Of a stretch of 59,408 bases of DNA, positions 29,350 to 40,559 are shown one piece after another. Each line of letters starts with the position of its first letter. Positions within the stretch are counted from its first letter, which is position 1. The notes under the pieces are model-generated. The model saw nothing but the letters and a program-made list of their open reading frames with translations. It had not been told where the DNA came from and searched no databases. This DNA is from Candidatus Latescibacterota bacterium. Lineage in GTDB: Bacteria > Latescibacterota > UBA2968. The position numbers were made by a program, and so were the translations under genes. Where the stretch lies: NCBI GenBank assembly GCA_038279365.1, contig JAYODI010000028.1, positions 1-59,408 on the forward strand, written 5' to 3'.

Positions 29350-30411
29350 TCACGCATCCAAAGGCGCTTGCCCTAAACGATTTGCCTTTGCCCGTGGTGT
29401 CAAATCGAAATACGTTTCGTGCCCAGAAAAAAAACGATCCAATTCATCAACCATCAATTTAAAAAAATGAGGTGAATCATCGCCAGTGGCCCAACCAAAG
29501 TGAGGCGACAAAAACACATTTGACAAATGGATGATCTCACTGTCTGCAGGAATAGGTTCTGGATCAAAAACATCTAAACCAGCCACAATATCGCCGCGTT
29601 TCAGTCGCTCTATCAAAGCCATTGAGTCAACAATTGCACCACGCGAAACATTGACAAAAACGGCCCCCGAACGAATCAAATCCAATTCGCGTTTGCCAAT
29701 CATCCCTTTTGTTTTGGGCGTAAGAGGAGCCACGCACACAATCACATCACATTGAGAAAAAATGAGATCCAATGATGTTTGTAAAAACCCCAACGCTTCG
29801 CCCATTTCACGAGGCAAATAAGGGTCATGTACCCAAATATCGACTTCAAAGGGACGCAACAATTTCATCAGGCGACGGCCCATGTGCCCTCCCCCAATAA
29901 TCCCCACCCGTTTGCCCCAAAGCGAACCACACATTTCACTTTTTTCAGCCCCCGATGGCGTTTTGCCCGCAATAATACGCCGAAAGTTTGCCCCTGCATT
30001 GCGCACCGAAATAAGAATCAAACCCAATGCCCACTCAGCAACAGGATACGAAGAACCATTGGTGGTATCAACCGTACGTATCCCGCGCGCCCAAGCCGCA
30101 TCCAAATCGATGCGCACGCTAAACCGGTCTCCTTCCAATTCTCCAATAAAACGGAGTTTATCTGCACGATCTAAGATTGCTTGATCAATGCGTGGCGATC
30201 CATGACACACCACCAACGCATCCACACCTGCAATGCGGTCTGCCAATTTTTTTGCCGCTTCAACATCATCACTTGCCGCATGAATATTGCCACCTTCACA
30301 CGCAAACCAATCCCAGTTGGCAAAAGTTTCAAGTCGTTTTATTTCTTCTAAGGGTAAATATTTTTCACGCACACGCTGGCCACACGCAACTAAAACATTT
30401 GGACGCGTCAT
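29350..30411 (-). CDS. D-isomer-specific 2-hydroxyacid dehydrogenase family protein
   Basis: GIIGGGHMG, FVNVSRG, LDVFDPEP and SPH motifs. Confidence 0.9.
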   Translation of the reverse strand: MTRPNVLVACGQRVREKYLPLEEIKRLETFANWDWFACEGGNIHAASDDVEAAKKLADRIAGVDALVVCHGSPRIDQAILDRADKLRFIGELEGDRFSVRIDLDAAWARGIRTVDTTNGSSYPVAEWALGLILISVRNAGANFRRIIAGKTPSGAEKSEMCGSLWGKRVGIIGGGHMGRRLMKLLRPFEVDIWVHDPYLPREMGEALGFLQTSLDLIFSQCDVIVCVAPLTPKTKGMIGKRELDLIRSGAVFVNVSRGAIVDSMALIERLKRGDIVAGLDVFDPEPIPADSEIIHLSNVFLSPHFGWATGDDSPHFFKLMVDELDRFFSGHETYFDLTPRAKANRLGQAPLDA

Positions 30412-30478
30412 GAGTTTCTCCTAATACCGTTTTTTAAAAAGGTGATTTTCCATTTAAAATACAATTTAATAACATTCA

Positions 30479-31258
30479 TTACTTGAGTGCGTTTTTCCCA
30501 AAAACAATTGGAAATGTTTGGGCTGTTCTCATCTTACGTGTCGAAGCATCCATATAAGCCACGCTCAATGCACGCCGAGGAGATCCTGTCTGATTCACAC
30601 CAGAGCGATGCATCAACCAATTGTGCAACAAAATTGCTTCACCCGCTTTCACTTCAAGATCAATCACTTTATCTGTAGTCGCATATTTTTTTTGATCCTC
30701 TTCAGATGTATAATGATTTGGGTTTAAAATACCCAAATTATTACTGCCCACCACCACTTGCATACATCCATTTTCAGGAGAAGCATCATCCAACGCTGTC
30801 CAAATGGTTATAATAGGATTTTGATCCAGCCCCCATCCCTCACCAACATCTTGGTGCCACGGCAACACCGTACCTTGATGGGCAGGTTTGTTCATAAACA
30901 TGGCCCGAAAAACAGATACATTTTCTCCAATATAATATGCCGTTATGTCTCGAAAAATGGGGTTTTGCATATATGCCAAAAACAACGGATCTTGTTCCAA
31001 ACCCGTAATGCGTCGATAGGCCAACGATGCCCCTTTGTTGCCCATGGTATTGGGTTCCATTTTGGCATAATCCCCCGTCTTTCCATCCAACTGAAATTGC
31101 ATTTTGGGATACGCAACCTCTCCCAGCATAATGGCATCAATTCGCGTTTGCAAAGCCAATAATGCTTCGGCCTTAAGCACTTGTCCCAAACGAAGATAAC
31201 CTTGTTCCATAAACTGAGCGTGTTTCGCCTCATTCCAATTTTCTATTTCAGACATCAT
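30479..31258 (-). CDS. PhyH family Fe(II)/2OG dioxygenase
   Basis: PWHQD, ENGCMQVV and HRSGVN..RR motifs. Confidence 0.88.
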   Translation of the reverse strand: MMSEIENWNEAKHAQFMEQGYLRLGQVLKAEALLALQTRIDAIMLGEVAYPKMQFQLDGKTGDYAKMEPNTMGNKGASLAYRRITGLEQDPLFLAYMQNPIFRDITAYYIGENVSVFRAMFMNKPAHQGTVLPWHQDVGEGWGLDQNPIITIWTALDDASPENGCMQVVVGSNNLGILNPNHYTSEEDQKKYATTDKVIDLEVKAGEAILLHNWLMHRSGVNQTGSPRRALSVAYMDASTRKMRTAQTFPIVFGKNALK

Positions 31259-31278
31259 CCCCTCCTTTCTCATACAAT

Positions 31279-31315
31279 AAAAAAGGCTTGCGACAATTCA
31301 TTCGCAAGCCTTTTT
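31279..31315 (-). terminator. Intrinsic terminator after the enolase-family gene
   Basis: AAAAAGGCTTGCGA/TCGCAAGCCTTTTT inverted repeat. Confidence 0.75.
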
Positions 31316-31346
31316 CACAGCACCACGCCAAGCAAATGTATGCTGC

Positions 31347-32513
31347 TTACCGCAGATAATCATCTACCCGATGATCGTTGATATAATCCCAATTGATTTT
31401 GTAGCCAATTCCAGGCTCTTTTGAAAGGTGGACATAACCCTCTTTGTCCATAGGATCTCCCAATGCATCCAAATAAGGTGGGGGGGTGTTGCAATCTACC
31501 CCTGGAGCCAATAAGCCCCGTTCGTAATATTCACAAGTGTCTTCGCTTGTAGCACCCAAAATTTGTAAATTTGCAAAACCACTCATATGAATTTCACATT
31601 TAACACCATAAGCCTCGCAAACTGCTGCCATTTTTTTGCAACCCGTAATTCCACCGCGCAACACATCAATGCGGCTCATATCTGAAGCCCCTCGCAAAAT
31701 CCAATCTGCCCGTGTAAAAAAACTACCCGCAGCCACTTCTGGCGATAAAATGGGAATATCCAATTCTCTACACAATTTTTCATACGATGCCACCCGATAC
31801 TCTGGCATGGGGTGTTCATACCAATAAAAATCCAATTCTTCTAAGACTCGCCCAACTTTTAATGCTTCTTCGTAATTGCAATACGTTCCCCAAGGGTCAA
31901 AACTCAGCACCATATCATCCCCCACCCGATCACGTATCGCACGGCATATTTCAATGTCTTGTTTAATGTGCGATGGGCGGCCAGGGTCTGATTGTTGTGT
32001 AATGGGGTCCCAAAAATAATACGGATGAATTTTGTAATGTGTATATCCTTCGGCTTTACACGCCGCCGCATGTGCCGCATAATCTTCAACAGATCCCATA
32101 TTGGGATACGTGCTGGCATAGGCCTTCACCTTGTCACGACACCCTCCCAACAGTTTATAAATGGGCACATTAAAAAGACGCGCTTGCAAATCCCACAAAG
32201 CCATGTCCAACACACTTAACACAGGCTCTTCTACCTTGGCCACCCACAGCCAATGCCAAAACTTTTCACGATCAAATGGGTCTTGCCCAACAACCATATT
32301 TTTTATGCGCCCCAAAATCATTGCAACCCGATCTGGTGGCATACCCTCTTGGTCACCATGGTTGTGCCCACCCAAATAATACCCTTCGGCACCTTCGTCA
32401 GTAACAATTTTGGTCAGTGTCTGAATGACGGTATCATCGGGCAACATTTTTCCCCGATGGAAACGTTGTCGAGGCACGCGAAAGGGAATCACCTCAATGT
32501 CTTTAATTTTCAT
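31347..32513 (-). CDS. Mandelate racemase/muconate lactonizing enzyme family (acid-sugar dehydratase-like)
   Basis: DMALWDL, KAYAST, YKIHP, WYEHP and GGITG motifs. Confidence 0.9.
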   Translation of the reverse strand: MKIKDIEVIPFRVPRQRFHRGKMLPDDTVIQTLTKIVTDEGAEGYYLGGHNHGDQEGMPPDRVAMILGRIKNMVVGQDPFDREKFWHWLWVAKVEEPVLSVLDMALWDLQARLFNVPIYKLLGGCRDKVKAYASTYPNMGSVEDYAAHAAACKAEGYTHYKIHPYYFWDPITQQSDPGRPSHIKQDIEICRAIRDRVGDDMVLSFDPWGTYCNYEEALKVGRVLEELDFYWYEHPMPEYRVASYEKLCRELDIPILSPEVAAGSFFTRADWILRGASDMSRIDVLRGGITGCKKMAAVCEAYGVKCEIHMSGFANLQILGATSEDTCEYYERGLLAPGVDCNTPPPYLDALGDPMDKEGYVHLSKEPGIGYKINWDYINDHRVDDYLR

Positions 32514-32527
32514 ACATACCTCTCCTA

Positions 32528-33475
32528 TCATCGCTCTTTGGTATACACATAAGGACGTTGCCCCCAGGGCATGGGGCGGCCACGTGCAATCACCAGGAGT
32601 TCATACCAATCATCGCGATCCAATTGCTTGCCAACTGCCTCAACCGCTTCAGCAACATGGTCTGGGTTAGCAGTACCCAACAATGGAATCACACCTCCTG
32701 GCAACTGCATCAACCACGCCAAGGACACTTGCCCCAGTGTCCACCCATATTGTTCGGCAAAACAGGCTACTTGTGCCACCACACCTTGCTCACGTTGTGC
32801 TTGCCAATCTGCATGTGCAAAACCACCTTTACCGGCCAAACGGCCGCTGTGATTAGGACTCCAACACAACACATTCATTTTCTTTTCTTGACAGGTAGCC
32901 AACAAACCCGTTTCAATCGGTTCTAAATGCAATAAACTAAATTGGGTTTGTAGAGATTCCAAACGCACGTATGCCGAAAGCGCACGAATTTCGTCTGGTA
33001 CATAATTGCTCACCCCCACGTGCCTTACTTTGCCCTCGTGTTTGAGATCTTCAAATGCACGTGCCGTTTCTTCTGGGTGCGTGAGATAATCAATGCGATG
33101 CGGTTGAAAAAGGTCAATATATTCCGTATCCAATCGCTTCAATGATTTCTCAACACCAGCCTTGATATAATCTGCCGAAAGATCATAGGCCTTGTAATCG
33201 TATTCTGGCACCAAACCTTGAAACACAATGCCACACTTAGACGCGATCACCACATCTTCTCGTTTGATACCACCCTCTTTGAGTGCAGCACCCAAAACCT
33301 CTTCCGACTCGCCGTGGGTATAAACATCTGCCGTATCAAAAAAATTGATACCCAACTCAAAAGCCTTTCTTACCGAAGCCCGACTTTGTTTTTCCTTTTC
33401 ATGCGTTAAGCTCATACACCCCAATGCAAGTGCTGAAACCTTTTGACCCGTTTTTCCCAATTCAACATAATTCAT
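32528..33475 (-). CDS. Aldo/keto reductase
   Basis: LGCMSL, DTADVY, ASKCG and GKVRHVGVSN motifs. Confidence 0.9.
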   Translation of the reverse strand: MNYVELGKTGQKVSALALGCMSLTHEKEKQSRASVRKAFELGINFFDTADVYTHGESEEVLGAALKEGGIKREDVVIASKCGIVFQGLVPEYDYKAYDLSADYIKAGVEKSLKRLDTEYIDLFQPHRIDYLTHPEETARAFEDLKHEGKVRHVGVSNYVPDEIRALSAYVRLESLQTQFSLLHLEPIETGLLATCQEKKMNVLCWSPNHSGRLAGKGGFAHADWQAQREQGVVAQVACFAEQYGWTLGQVSLAWLMQLPGGVIPLLGTANPDHVAEAVEAVGKQLDRDDWYELLVIARGRPMPWGQRPYVYTKER

Positions 33476-33487
33476 CTCATCCCCCTA

Positions 33488-34837
33488 TCACATCACTTCA
33501 GGAAACTCACCCCCCGGATACAATGTTGTGTGCGACAAACGTTTGCTTTGTGGCAAAGCATGCCCCGCCACAGACTGTGACACATCACACATTTCGCTCG
33601 AATAAATCCAGGCGATTTCATCTGTATAAACGATCACATCTTGCCGCCCGTGCCCCAACAAATCGGCAAACATCACATTGCCATCATTTGGAAATGTAAC
33701 CACGCGTTTGCCATAACCATCATATAGCCCGGGTAACAACCCTGCCCGGCGGCGATAGGCCAAAATATAATTCTGCCCAGACCCATCCCAATTCTCAACC
33801 GTTTCTAAAATGGTCAACCAACCCCGTGAAGTACGGTTTTCTTTCCAAATCTCTTTACCACTTGATGATAAAATAAATATCCCATCAATGCCGTTACGCC
33901 CGCGCTCAATGCGATCCAACCCAGCAATCAAAATATCATGACGATCACGTTTAAACCGCCCCATTGCAATATGCTGAGACTCCTTCGAATCGTGATAACG
34001 CCATACCTCATTGCCCTGCCGATCATACAATACCGTAACACTACCTCCAATAACAATACCAGGCTCTGCCAAACCATCGACCTGCCCCACCCAAATGCAA
34101 TCGGCATGATCATCCAATGGCAAACAAGACCACAACTTGGTACCATCGTGATCCAACATATCATATCCCGCCATAATTTCATCTTTGCCGTCACCATCAA
34201 AATCATGTGGCCAAGGAAAATGGCCAGGATTGCCCTCATGCGTCCAAAGCACATTAAAATCTTTGTCCATTGCCCACATCTTTCGATAGCGATTTTTTAA
34301 AATCACATCTTGGGCAAATTTTCCACCTGTTAAATTACAAATCACAATACAGTCATGTGCATCGGGGTCAGGTAAATCATGGGCATACTTTAGCTTTCCC
34401 GTTTTGCCTTCCAACACACAAAACTGTCCACCCATCACACAGACCACTTCTAATTGTCCATCCCCATCAATATCCCAAATTTGCGCGGGCATATCTGCAC
34501 CACTGCCACGCACTTCGGGGTCTATCTCTCCGACCTGCCACAGTTGATTGCCTTCCAAATCAAACACGGTCATGCACTGAACTTCGTGTGGCACATACCG
34601 ATCATCAATGCCCCCGTCGGGCTGTTTGAGCAACATCTCCATGCGCCCATCACCATCCAAATCCCCCAACAACATGCGAGTACCTCTTCCCGCAGCCCGA
34701 ATATCTATCTGCCCAACCAAAACAGGCTCTTTTTCACAAGCATTTTCATCCATCCCCACACTCCTAAGTCTTATCTCAAAAACCGATTCATTTGCCGTTT
34801 TCCGTCTGTTATTTGCCCTCTGCCATTTCTTTTTCAC
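33488..34837 (-). CDS. Short PL11-like (rhamnogalacturonan lyase-like) beta-propeller; start uncertain (alternative ATG at 34753)
   Basis: Repeated DxDGDGxxE Ca-loops (GDLDGDGRME, WDIDGDGQLE, HDFDGDGKDE); GH..DHAD..ESQH. Confidence 0.65.
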   Translation of the reverse strand: MKKKWQRANNRRKTANESVFEIRLRSVGMDENACEKEPVLVGQIDIRAAGRGTRMLLGDLDGDGRMEMLLKQPDGGIDDRYVPHEVQCMTVFDLEGNQLWQVGEIDPEVRGSGADMPAQIWDIDGDGQLEVVCVMGGQFCVLEGKTGKLKYAHDLPDPDAHDCIVICNLTGGKFAQDVILKNRYRKMWAMDKDFNVLWTHEGNPGHFPWPHDFDGDGKDEIMAGYDMLDHDGTKLWSCLPLDDHADCIWVGQVDGLAEPGIVIGGSVTVLYDRQGNEVWRYHDSKESQHIAMGRFKRDRHDILIAGLDRIERGRNGIDGIFILSSSGKEIWKENRTSRGWLTILETVENWDGSGQNYILAYRRRAGLLPGLYDGYGKRVVTFPNDGNVMFADLLGHGRQDVIVYTDEIAWIYSSEMCDVSQSVAGHALPQSKRLSHTTLYPGGEFPEVM

Positions 34838-36588
34838 ACATCCTTATACTGTAACTGATGCAAGCGTGCATAAATCCCCTTCATGGCCAGCAATTCTTCA
34901 TGGCGGCCTTCTTCGCGCAACTGCCCATGATGCATCACCAAAATTTTATCAGCATGGCGAATTGTAGACAACCGATGTGCAATCACGATAGACGTGCGAG
35001 ATGCCATCAACTTTTCAACAGCCTCTTGGATCCACATTTCGGTTTCCGTATCCACATTGGCCGTGGCTTCATCCAATACCAATATCTCAGGGTCATTTGC
35101 CAAAGCACGTGCAAAGGACAACAACTGACGCTGCCCTACCGAAAGCGAGCTGCCTCGTTCCAAAACAGAGCTTTCATATCCCTTTGGCAATTGATTAATA
35201 AACCGATCTGCGTTCACTTGATGTGCAGCCAACACCACTTGTTCGTGCGTGATATTTGGGTTGCCCAAACTGATATTGCTTTCAATATCGCCTGCAAAAA
35301 GGAACACATCTTGTTGTACAATGCCAATACGGCGACGCAATGTAGACACATCCCAATCGCGAATATCGAGCCCATCTACAATAATTTGCCCCTTTTGAAT
35401 ATCATAAAATCGGCACACCAAATTGATGATGGTACTTTTACCTGCCCCAGTAGCCCCCACAAGCGCCAAGCTTTGTCCCGATACAGCCTTAAAAGAAACA
35501 TCTCTCAAAACCCAATCACCTTCATTGTAGGCAAACCAAACATTGCGAAACTCAATCTCACCCAACAAACGATCTGGCTTCTTGCCCCCCCCATCAGACT
35601 CTGGCACTTCATCTATCAATTCAAAGATTCGCTCAGAAGACGCCATTGCCACCTGAATGGTCGTATACCGATCTGCTATGTCTCGAATGGGCATAAAAAA
35701 TCGAGGTACATATTGCAACATAGCCACCAACACACCCCACTCAACTTCCAAAGCCAACACACGCCCGCCCCCATGCCACAAAACAAGAGCCATGAGGATC
35801 ACACCTGCAAATTCCATAAATGGAAAATAGATGGCGTGATACCAAGAACTGAGCAAGCGTGCATCTGCATAGCTGTTGTTCGATTCTTCAAACCGTTGCA
35901 CACTGCGTTCTTCAATATTAAACAGTTGCACCACTTCAACACCCGATATGGTTTCTTGCAATGAAGAACTAAATCTTGCAAATCGAGTACGCGCTTCTCG
36001 AAATGCCTGAAATGTTTTGTTTTGCAACCAAAATGTAGCCAATGTGGCCAATGGCAACACCACACAAGTCACCACACCGAGTTGAACGTCCATATAAAAA
36101 ATAAAGCCCAAAATCATGGCAACTGTCAAAACATCACTCAACATCGACACAAGGCCATCGGTAAACAACTCATTCAACGCATCCACATCACTGGTATTGC
36201 GTGCCATCAAACGCCCAATAGGCGTGCGATCAAAAAAGCGCAAAGGCAGTTTTTGCAAATTTGTAAAAATGCGCTGTCTCACATCGCGCATGGCCCACTG
36301 TCCAATCATGTTGGTGGCCCAACTTTGCGCATAACCAACCACAAATTGAAAAATCAACAACCCCAAATAAATAAAAATGATCGCCGTCAATCCTTCAGCA
36401 TCTTTTACTTCTATATAATCGTCCACCGCTATTTTGGTTAAATAGGGTCCTGCTTGTCGCGCAAAAGACGCAACAAAAATTAAAACAAAAGTTAACAACA
36501 CCCAGGGCCAATAGGGTTTTAAATAGCTCAACAAACGCGACATCAAATGGAAATCAAAACCCTTATGATCAATTTCTTTTTCATCCAT
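34834..36588 (-). CDS. ABC exporter half-transporter (TMD-NBD, MdlB-like)
   Basis: GATGAGKST, LSVGQRQ, LDEAT and IAHRLST motifs. Confidence 0.92.
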   Translation of the reverse strand: MDEKEIDHKGFDFHLMSRLLSYLKPYWPWVLLTFVLIFVASFARQAGPYLTKIAVDDYIEVKDAEGLTAIIFIYLGLLIFQFVVGYAQSWATNMIGQWAMRDVRQRIFTNLQKLPLRFFDRTPIGRLMARNTSDVDALNELFTDGLVSMLSDVLTVAMILGFIFYMDVQLGVVTCVVLPLATLATFWLQNKTFQAFREARTRFARFSSSLQETISGVEVVQLFNIEERSVQRFEESNNSYADARLLSSWYHAIYFPFMEFAGVILMALVLWHGGGRVLALEVEWGVLVAMLQYVPRFFMPIRDIADRYTTIQVAMASSERIFELIDEVPESDGGGKKPDRLLGEIEFRNVWFAYNEGDWVLRDVSFKAVSGQSLALVGATGAGKSTIINLVCRFYDIQKGQIIVDGLDIRDWDVSTLRRRIGIVQQDVFLFAGDIESNISLGNPNITHEQVVLAAHQVNADRFINQLPKGYESSVLERGSSLSVGQRQLLSFARALANDPEILVLDEATANVDTETEMWIQEAVEKLMASRTSIVIAHRLSTIRHADKILVMHHGQLREEGRHEELLAMKGIYARLHQLQYKDV

Positions 36589-36712
36589 TTAAAACACTCC
36601 AAAATCCAAAAAAACATCCAATTTTCAAATAAAAACGAACCCACTTAAAAAACCAACATCACACAAACCCTAAACAAGACCAGAAAACTTTTTGCACCCT
36701 TTATGCGCCTGT

Positions 36713-38500
36713 CTACATCTCATCCAATTCTTCTACCAAATGTTGGCGCTGATACATGTCTGCATAAATCCCCCCCAAAGCCACCAACTCATCATGTGAG
36801 CCTTGTTCAACAATCTCGCCATCGTCCAACACCACAATATGATCAGCATCTTTTACGGTTGAAACACGGTGAGCAACAACAAGAGTCGTTCGAGAAGCCA
36901 TTATCCCTCGCAAGCGTCTTAAAATCTCTTCTTCTGTGTTGGTGTCTACACTCGATAACGCATCGTCCAAAATCAAAATTTTGGGTTCTCGAATCACCGC
37001 ACGTGCAATGGCCGTACGTTGTTTTTGTCCTCCCGACAATGTCACCCCCCGCTCGCCCACAATGGTTTCCAACTTTTTGGGCAGCACTTCTAAATCGGGT
37101 GCCAATTGTGACACTTCCGTGGCCGTCTCAACCAAGCCATCTGCCACATTGCCAACACCTACAGCCACATTTTCGCGAATCGTATCCGAAAACAAAAAAG
37201 TTTCTTGAGGCACATATCCAATAGCAGATCGAATTTTAACAAGAGGGATATCGCGAACCGATTGTCCATCAATAAGAATATCCCCTTCCGTCACATCCAT
37301 CAATCTGGGAATAAGCCGTGCCAGTGTCGACTTTCCAGCCCCCACACGGCCCACCAAGGCAACTTTACTCCCAGATGAAATCTTTAAATTGATGTTCTTC
37401 AATACGGGTTTTCCGTCATAAGCAAAAGACACATTGCGAAATTCAATTTCTCCCCTCACCTCATCTGCTGCAGGATCATATGTGCCATAGTCTTGCGGTG
37501 GCACATCCAACACGGCTTGAATACGCGCCATAGACGCTTCTGCCCGTTGTTGTTCATCCACAATGCGCCCCAGCATCATCATAGGACGACTCAAGCGAAT
37601 CAAATAGGTATTAAACGCTACAAATGCACCCAAGGTAAGAGCACCATCAATCACACGCAAACCACCCAACCACAAAATCACCAACATCGACACACCGTTG
37701 AGTAAAAATGTAAACGGATAAAAAAGACTGCGAATGTTCACCAAATGCCGATTGCGGAGCACATATTCATCGTTCATACTCGAAAAACCTTCAATTTCGC
37801 GCTCACCCCGTGCATACGCTTTTACCACACGAATACCCGATAAGTTTTCCTGAATCTTACTCGTCATCACCGCAAACTGTTCCTGCACCCGTCTGTATCC
37901 ATGCCGCATTTTGCGCCCCACCCAACGGGCAGCAAGCACCATGACGGGCATAGGGGCCAATGAATAGAGCGCCAGTTCCCAGTCAATCATACACATCAAA
38001 ACCAAACTCATGAAAAACGACATGGTCGCCTGCAAAGACATGCGAAATGCGTGATACATAAAACGCTGAACCGCTTCCACATCGTTTAATGCCCGCGCCA
38101 TCAAATCACCCACACGCTGGCTCTGAAAAAATGACATCGGCAACTTCACCAAATGCCGCACATATTGGGTACGAATATCTCGCTCTACAAGGCGCGACAT
38201 GGCAACAATATACCACCGCATACCAAAAGACATTAACCACTGGACCACCGCAAGCCCAGCCATTAATCCACCATAAAAAGCCAAATCTCCCCTCAGTGTG
38301 CCAGAAAGGGTATCGGTCACACCATTAAACAACTCTCCTTTTTCCAAACCCAATTTTGCCGTGTCAATAGCCCACTTCAAAATCAGCGGAATAGCAGCAG
38401 TTATTGCCTGACTGCCCAAAAGCAACAAAAGCCCCACAACAACATATGTTTTGTAGGGCTTGAGATAAGGCCAAAATGGTCTAATAGGATTATATGCCAT
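36713..38500 (-). CDS. ABC exporter half-transporter (TMD-NBD, MdlA-like, degenerate Walker B)
   Basis: GRVGAGKST, LSGGQKQ and ILDDAL motifs. Confidence 0.92.
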   Translation of the reverse strand: MAYNPIRPFWPYLKPYKTYVVVGLLLLLGSQAITAAIPLILKWAIDTAKLGLEKGELFNGVTDTLSGTLRGDLAFYGGLMAGLAVVQWLMSFGMRWYIVAMSRLVERDIRTQYVRHLVKLPMSFFQSQRVGDLMARALNDVEAVQRFMYHAFRMSLQATMSFFMSLVLMCMIDWELALYSLAPMPVMVLAARWVGRKMRHGYRRVQEQFAVMTSKIQENLSGIRVVKAYARGEREIEGFSSMNDEYVLRNRHLVNIRSLFYPFTFLLNGVSMLVILWLGGLRVIDGALTLGAFVAFNTYLIRLSRPMMMLGRIVDEQQRAEASMARIQAVLDVPPQDYGTYDPAADEVRGEIEFRNVSFAYDGKPVLKNINLKISSGSKVALVGRVGAGKSTLARLIPRLMDVTEGDILIDGQSVRDIPLVKIRSAIGYVPQETFLFSDTIRENVAVGVGNVADGLVETATEVSQLAPDLEVLPKKLETIVGERGVTLSGGQKQRTAIARAVIREPKILILDDALSSVDTNTEEEILRRLRGIMASRTTLVVAHRVSTVKDADHIVVLDDGEIVEQGSHDELVALGGIYADMYQRQHLVEELDEM

Positions 38501-38625
38501 AGGTTTACTTTCCTGATTTGCCTTTAAAATGTATAAATTCCCCAGCTGCGCTCCAAAGCAAGCAACCACTTACTTACATAATAAGTTTCCCCGAACCACT
38601 TGTCAAATATTAAAAACCCAGAAAT

Positions 38626-38658
38626 AAAAAAACTGCCCTTATACAAAAGGCAGTTTTT
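38626..38658 (-). terminator. Intrinsic terminator after the PL11 genes
   Basis: AAAAACTGCC/GGCAGTTTTT inverted repeat. Confidence 0.7.
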
Positions 38659-38687
38659 CATTTTGTTCTCTCTTTTTTAGAACTTTT

Positions 38688-40496
38688 TTATTTAACAAAG
38701 TAACTCAACTGGGGTGGATAAAAATAGCCCATCGCTTGCAATGCTGTATCCTGACGATACAGAGGATCTTCCAAAAGGCACACATTGCGCCGAGAAGATG
38801 GAATGGTGGTGGTATAAATTCGCAATTCACCTTCTACGCTGGAAATGATTTCTTCTCGCCAATCGCCAAAACAATCGGCAATGGCCACCACACGCCCCTG
38901 AATCTCCCCCAATTGTTCGCCCTTGTATTGAACAATTTGTGTGGTTCGATCAGCATCTCTGCGTGGCCGACGGGGTTGGGTTGCCTGTTGGGATGCAGTT
39001 TCTCGATTGGGGGGGGCTACACTCCGGATGCGTCCTGGCATATAAGCCTTAATCAAACCGTCATCCCAATATAAAGCCCGTGGGCTTAATCCTCCCAAAT
39101 CTTCCGTGTCCAACAACTTACCCGTTGCAGCAGAATACAACCAATACCCCGTCCGATTTTGTTCTGCAGAGTAAAACTCCAAACCAGGACTTTCTGGCAC
39201 AAAGTCACCAAACATGCCCTGGTCGTGAATATGTGTGGTTGGATGAGGATGTCCCCAAATCAGTTCCCCAGTTCGGGTATCAAACACCGAAATGCCATTG
39301 ACCGATTGCTTTGATTCATATCCATAAGCCACTTCCAACCCTGGCCGTTCGGGAATAATATCGGTCACATAAGCCATGTCAGGATGCCCCATCTGATTGC
39401 ACCAAAGCACTTTGCCATGGTCATCTATCACCGCCGACCCATTCAAAATTTCATCCCGACCATCACCATCTACATCCACCGCATGCATGCCATGCAAACC
39501 TTGCCCACGCACTGGTGGCGTTTCATTATCGCCATTCCATTTCCACACAGACTTTAACTGGCCATCTACCAAGTTGTAAGCATCAATCTTCATTGTTGTA
39601 TAGGTACCTCTGATCACCAACAAACTCGGTCTTTTTCCATCCAAATAAGCCATACCAATCTGGTGCCGGGAAGCCCGGTTGCCCGCACTGTCGCCCCAAT
39701 CGCTCACATTGCCACGCGCAATCCAGTCCACACGTGCAATTTCTTTACCCGTCATCCCATCCCATACCGAGCAATATTCCGGCCCATCCAAAACTCGGCC
39801 TTCGCCCTTGCGATAATCCACATCGGTTGGAGCGGTCTTAAGTGCCACTTCGGCCTTTCCATCACCATCAAAATCATAAACAATCATCGGCGACCACCAA
39901 ATGCCTTGTTCGATATTCCAACCCAAATCTTTCGACCATAAAAAAGTACCATCATGCAAATATGCTTCTACTTTATAGGTATCAGGGCTTGGTCGCCAAT
40001 GCCCCTCCCCAGGATCAGTTCCCCATCCAGGTTGTTTCACCACATAATCTAAGGCACCATCACCATTCAAATCGGCAATACCAATTTTCTGAAAAGTATA
40101 ATCCCCTTGAAGCGGAATAGACACATAAGCCGTTTCTGAATCATTGTTGATCGCATCTACCCGTTTGGATGCTCCTTGTTCTTTACCGGCCACCACAGGC
40201 ACAACCCACCATTGATGCTTTCCTTTTGTGGGGACATTGTCATCTACAAAATCCGTCGTTTTCGCAATGGGCGTTTGGGTCAGTTTTGCCACATTCCCAT
40301 CCGTTGATCGGTAAACATTAAAAACAACATTGTCGCCATCAGCCTTTAACAAACGCCAACCGAGATACACATGCCCATTTTTTTGTGCAAAGGCAACCAA
40401 ACCTCTATCCAATTTTTCCATTTGACGTTGGGCATGTATGGTGCTTATACCAAACAAACATATAAAGATTACCAACAAATGATTTCGAACTTTCAT
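38688..40496 (-). CDS. Secreted rhamnogalacturonan lyase, PL11 family
   Basis: Signal peptide then QRQMEKLDRG; YDFDGDGKAE, AYLDGKRPS, RGTY, GDWREE and YFYPP motifs. Confidence 0.85.
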   Translation of the reverse strand: MKVRNHLLVIFICLFGISTIHAQRQMEKLDRGLVAFAQKNGHVYLGWRLLKADGDNVVFNVYRSTDGNVAKLTQTPIAKTTDFVDDNVPTKGKHQWWVVPVVAGKEQGASKRVDAINNDSETAYVSIPLQGDYTFQKIGIADLNGDGALDYVVKQPGWGTDPGEGHWRPSPDTYKVEAYLHDGTFLWSKDLGWNIEQGIWWSPMIVYDFDGDGKAEVALKTAPTDVDYRKGEGRVLDGPEYCSVWDGMTGKEIARVDWIARGNVSDWGDSAGNRASRHQIGMAYLDGKRPSLLVIRGTYTTMKIDAYNLVDGQLKSVWKWNGDNETPPVRGQGLHGMHAVDVDGDGRDEILNGSAVIDDHGKVLWCNQMGHPDMAYVTDIIPERPGLEVAYGYESKQSVNGISVFDTRTGELIWGHPHPTTHIHDQGMFGDFVPESPGLEFYSAEQNRTGYWLYSAATGKLLDTEDLGGLSPRALYWDDGLIKAYMPGRIRSVAPPNRETASQQATQPRRPRRDADRTTQIVQYKGEQLGEIQGRVVAIADCFGDWREEIISSVEGELRIYTTTIPSSRRNVCLLEDPLYRQDTALQAMGYFYPPQLSYFVK

Positions 40497-40559
40497 AAAA
40501 CCATCTCCTTGTTTTCTATGTGGCGTCTCGCACGACATTAGCCCATCCCATAAAGTTGA

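Noticed and set aside
34858-35964. 368-aa plus-strand ORF
   Set aside because: Antisense shadow of the ABC transporter with no recognisable motifs; the same applies to the other short overlapping ORFs in the track.
36713-38500. Degenerate Walker B (LDDAL) as a sign of decay
   Set aside because: Normal for one half of heterodimeric ABC exporters.
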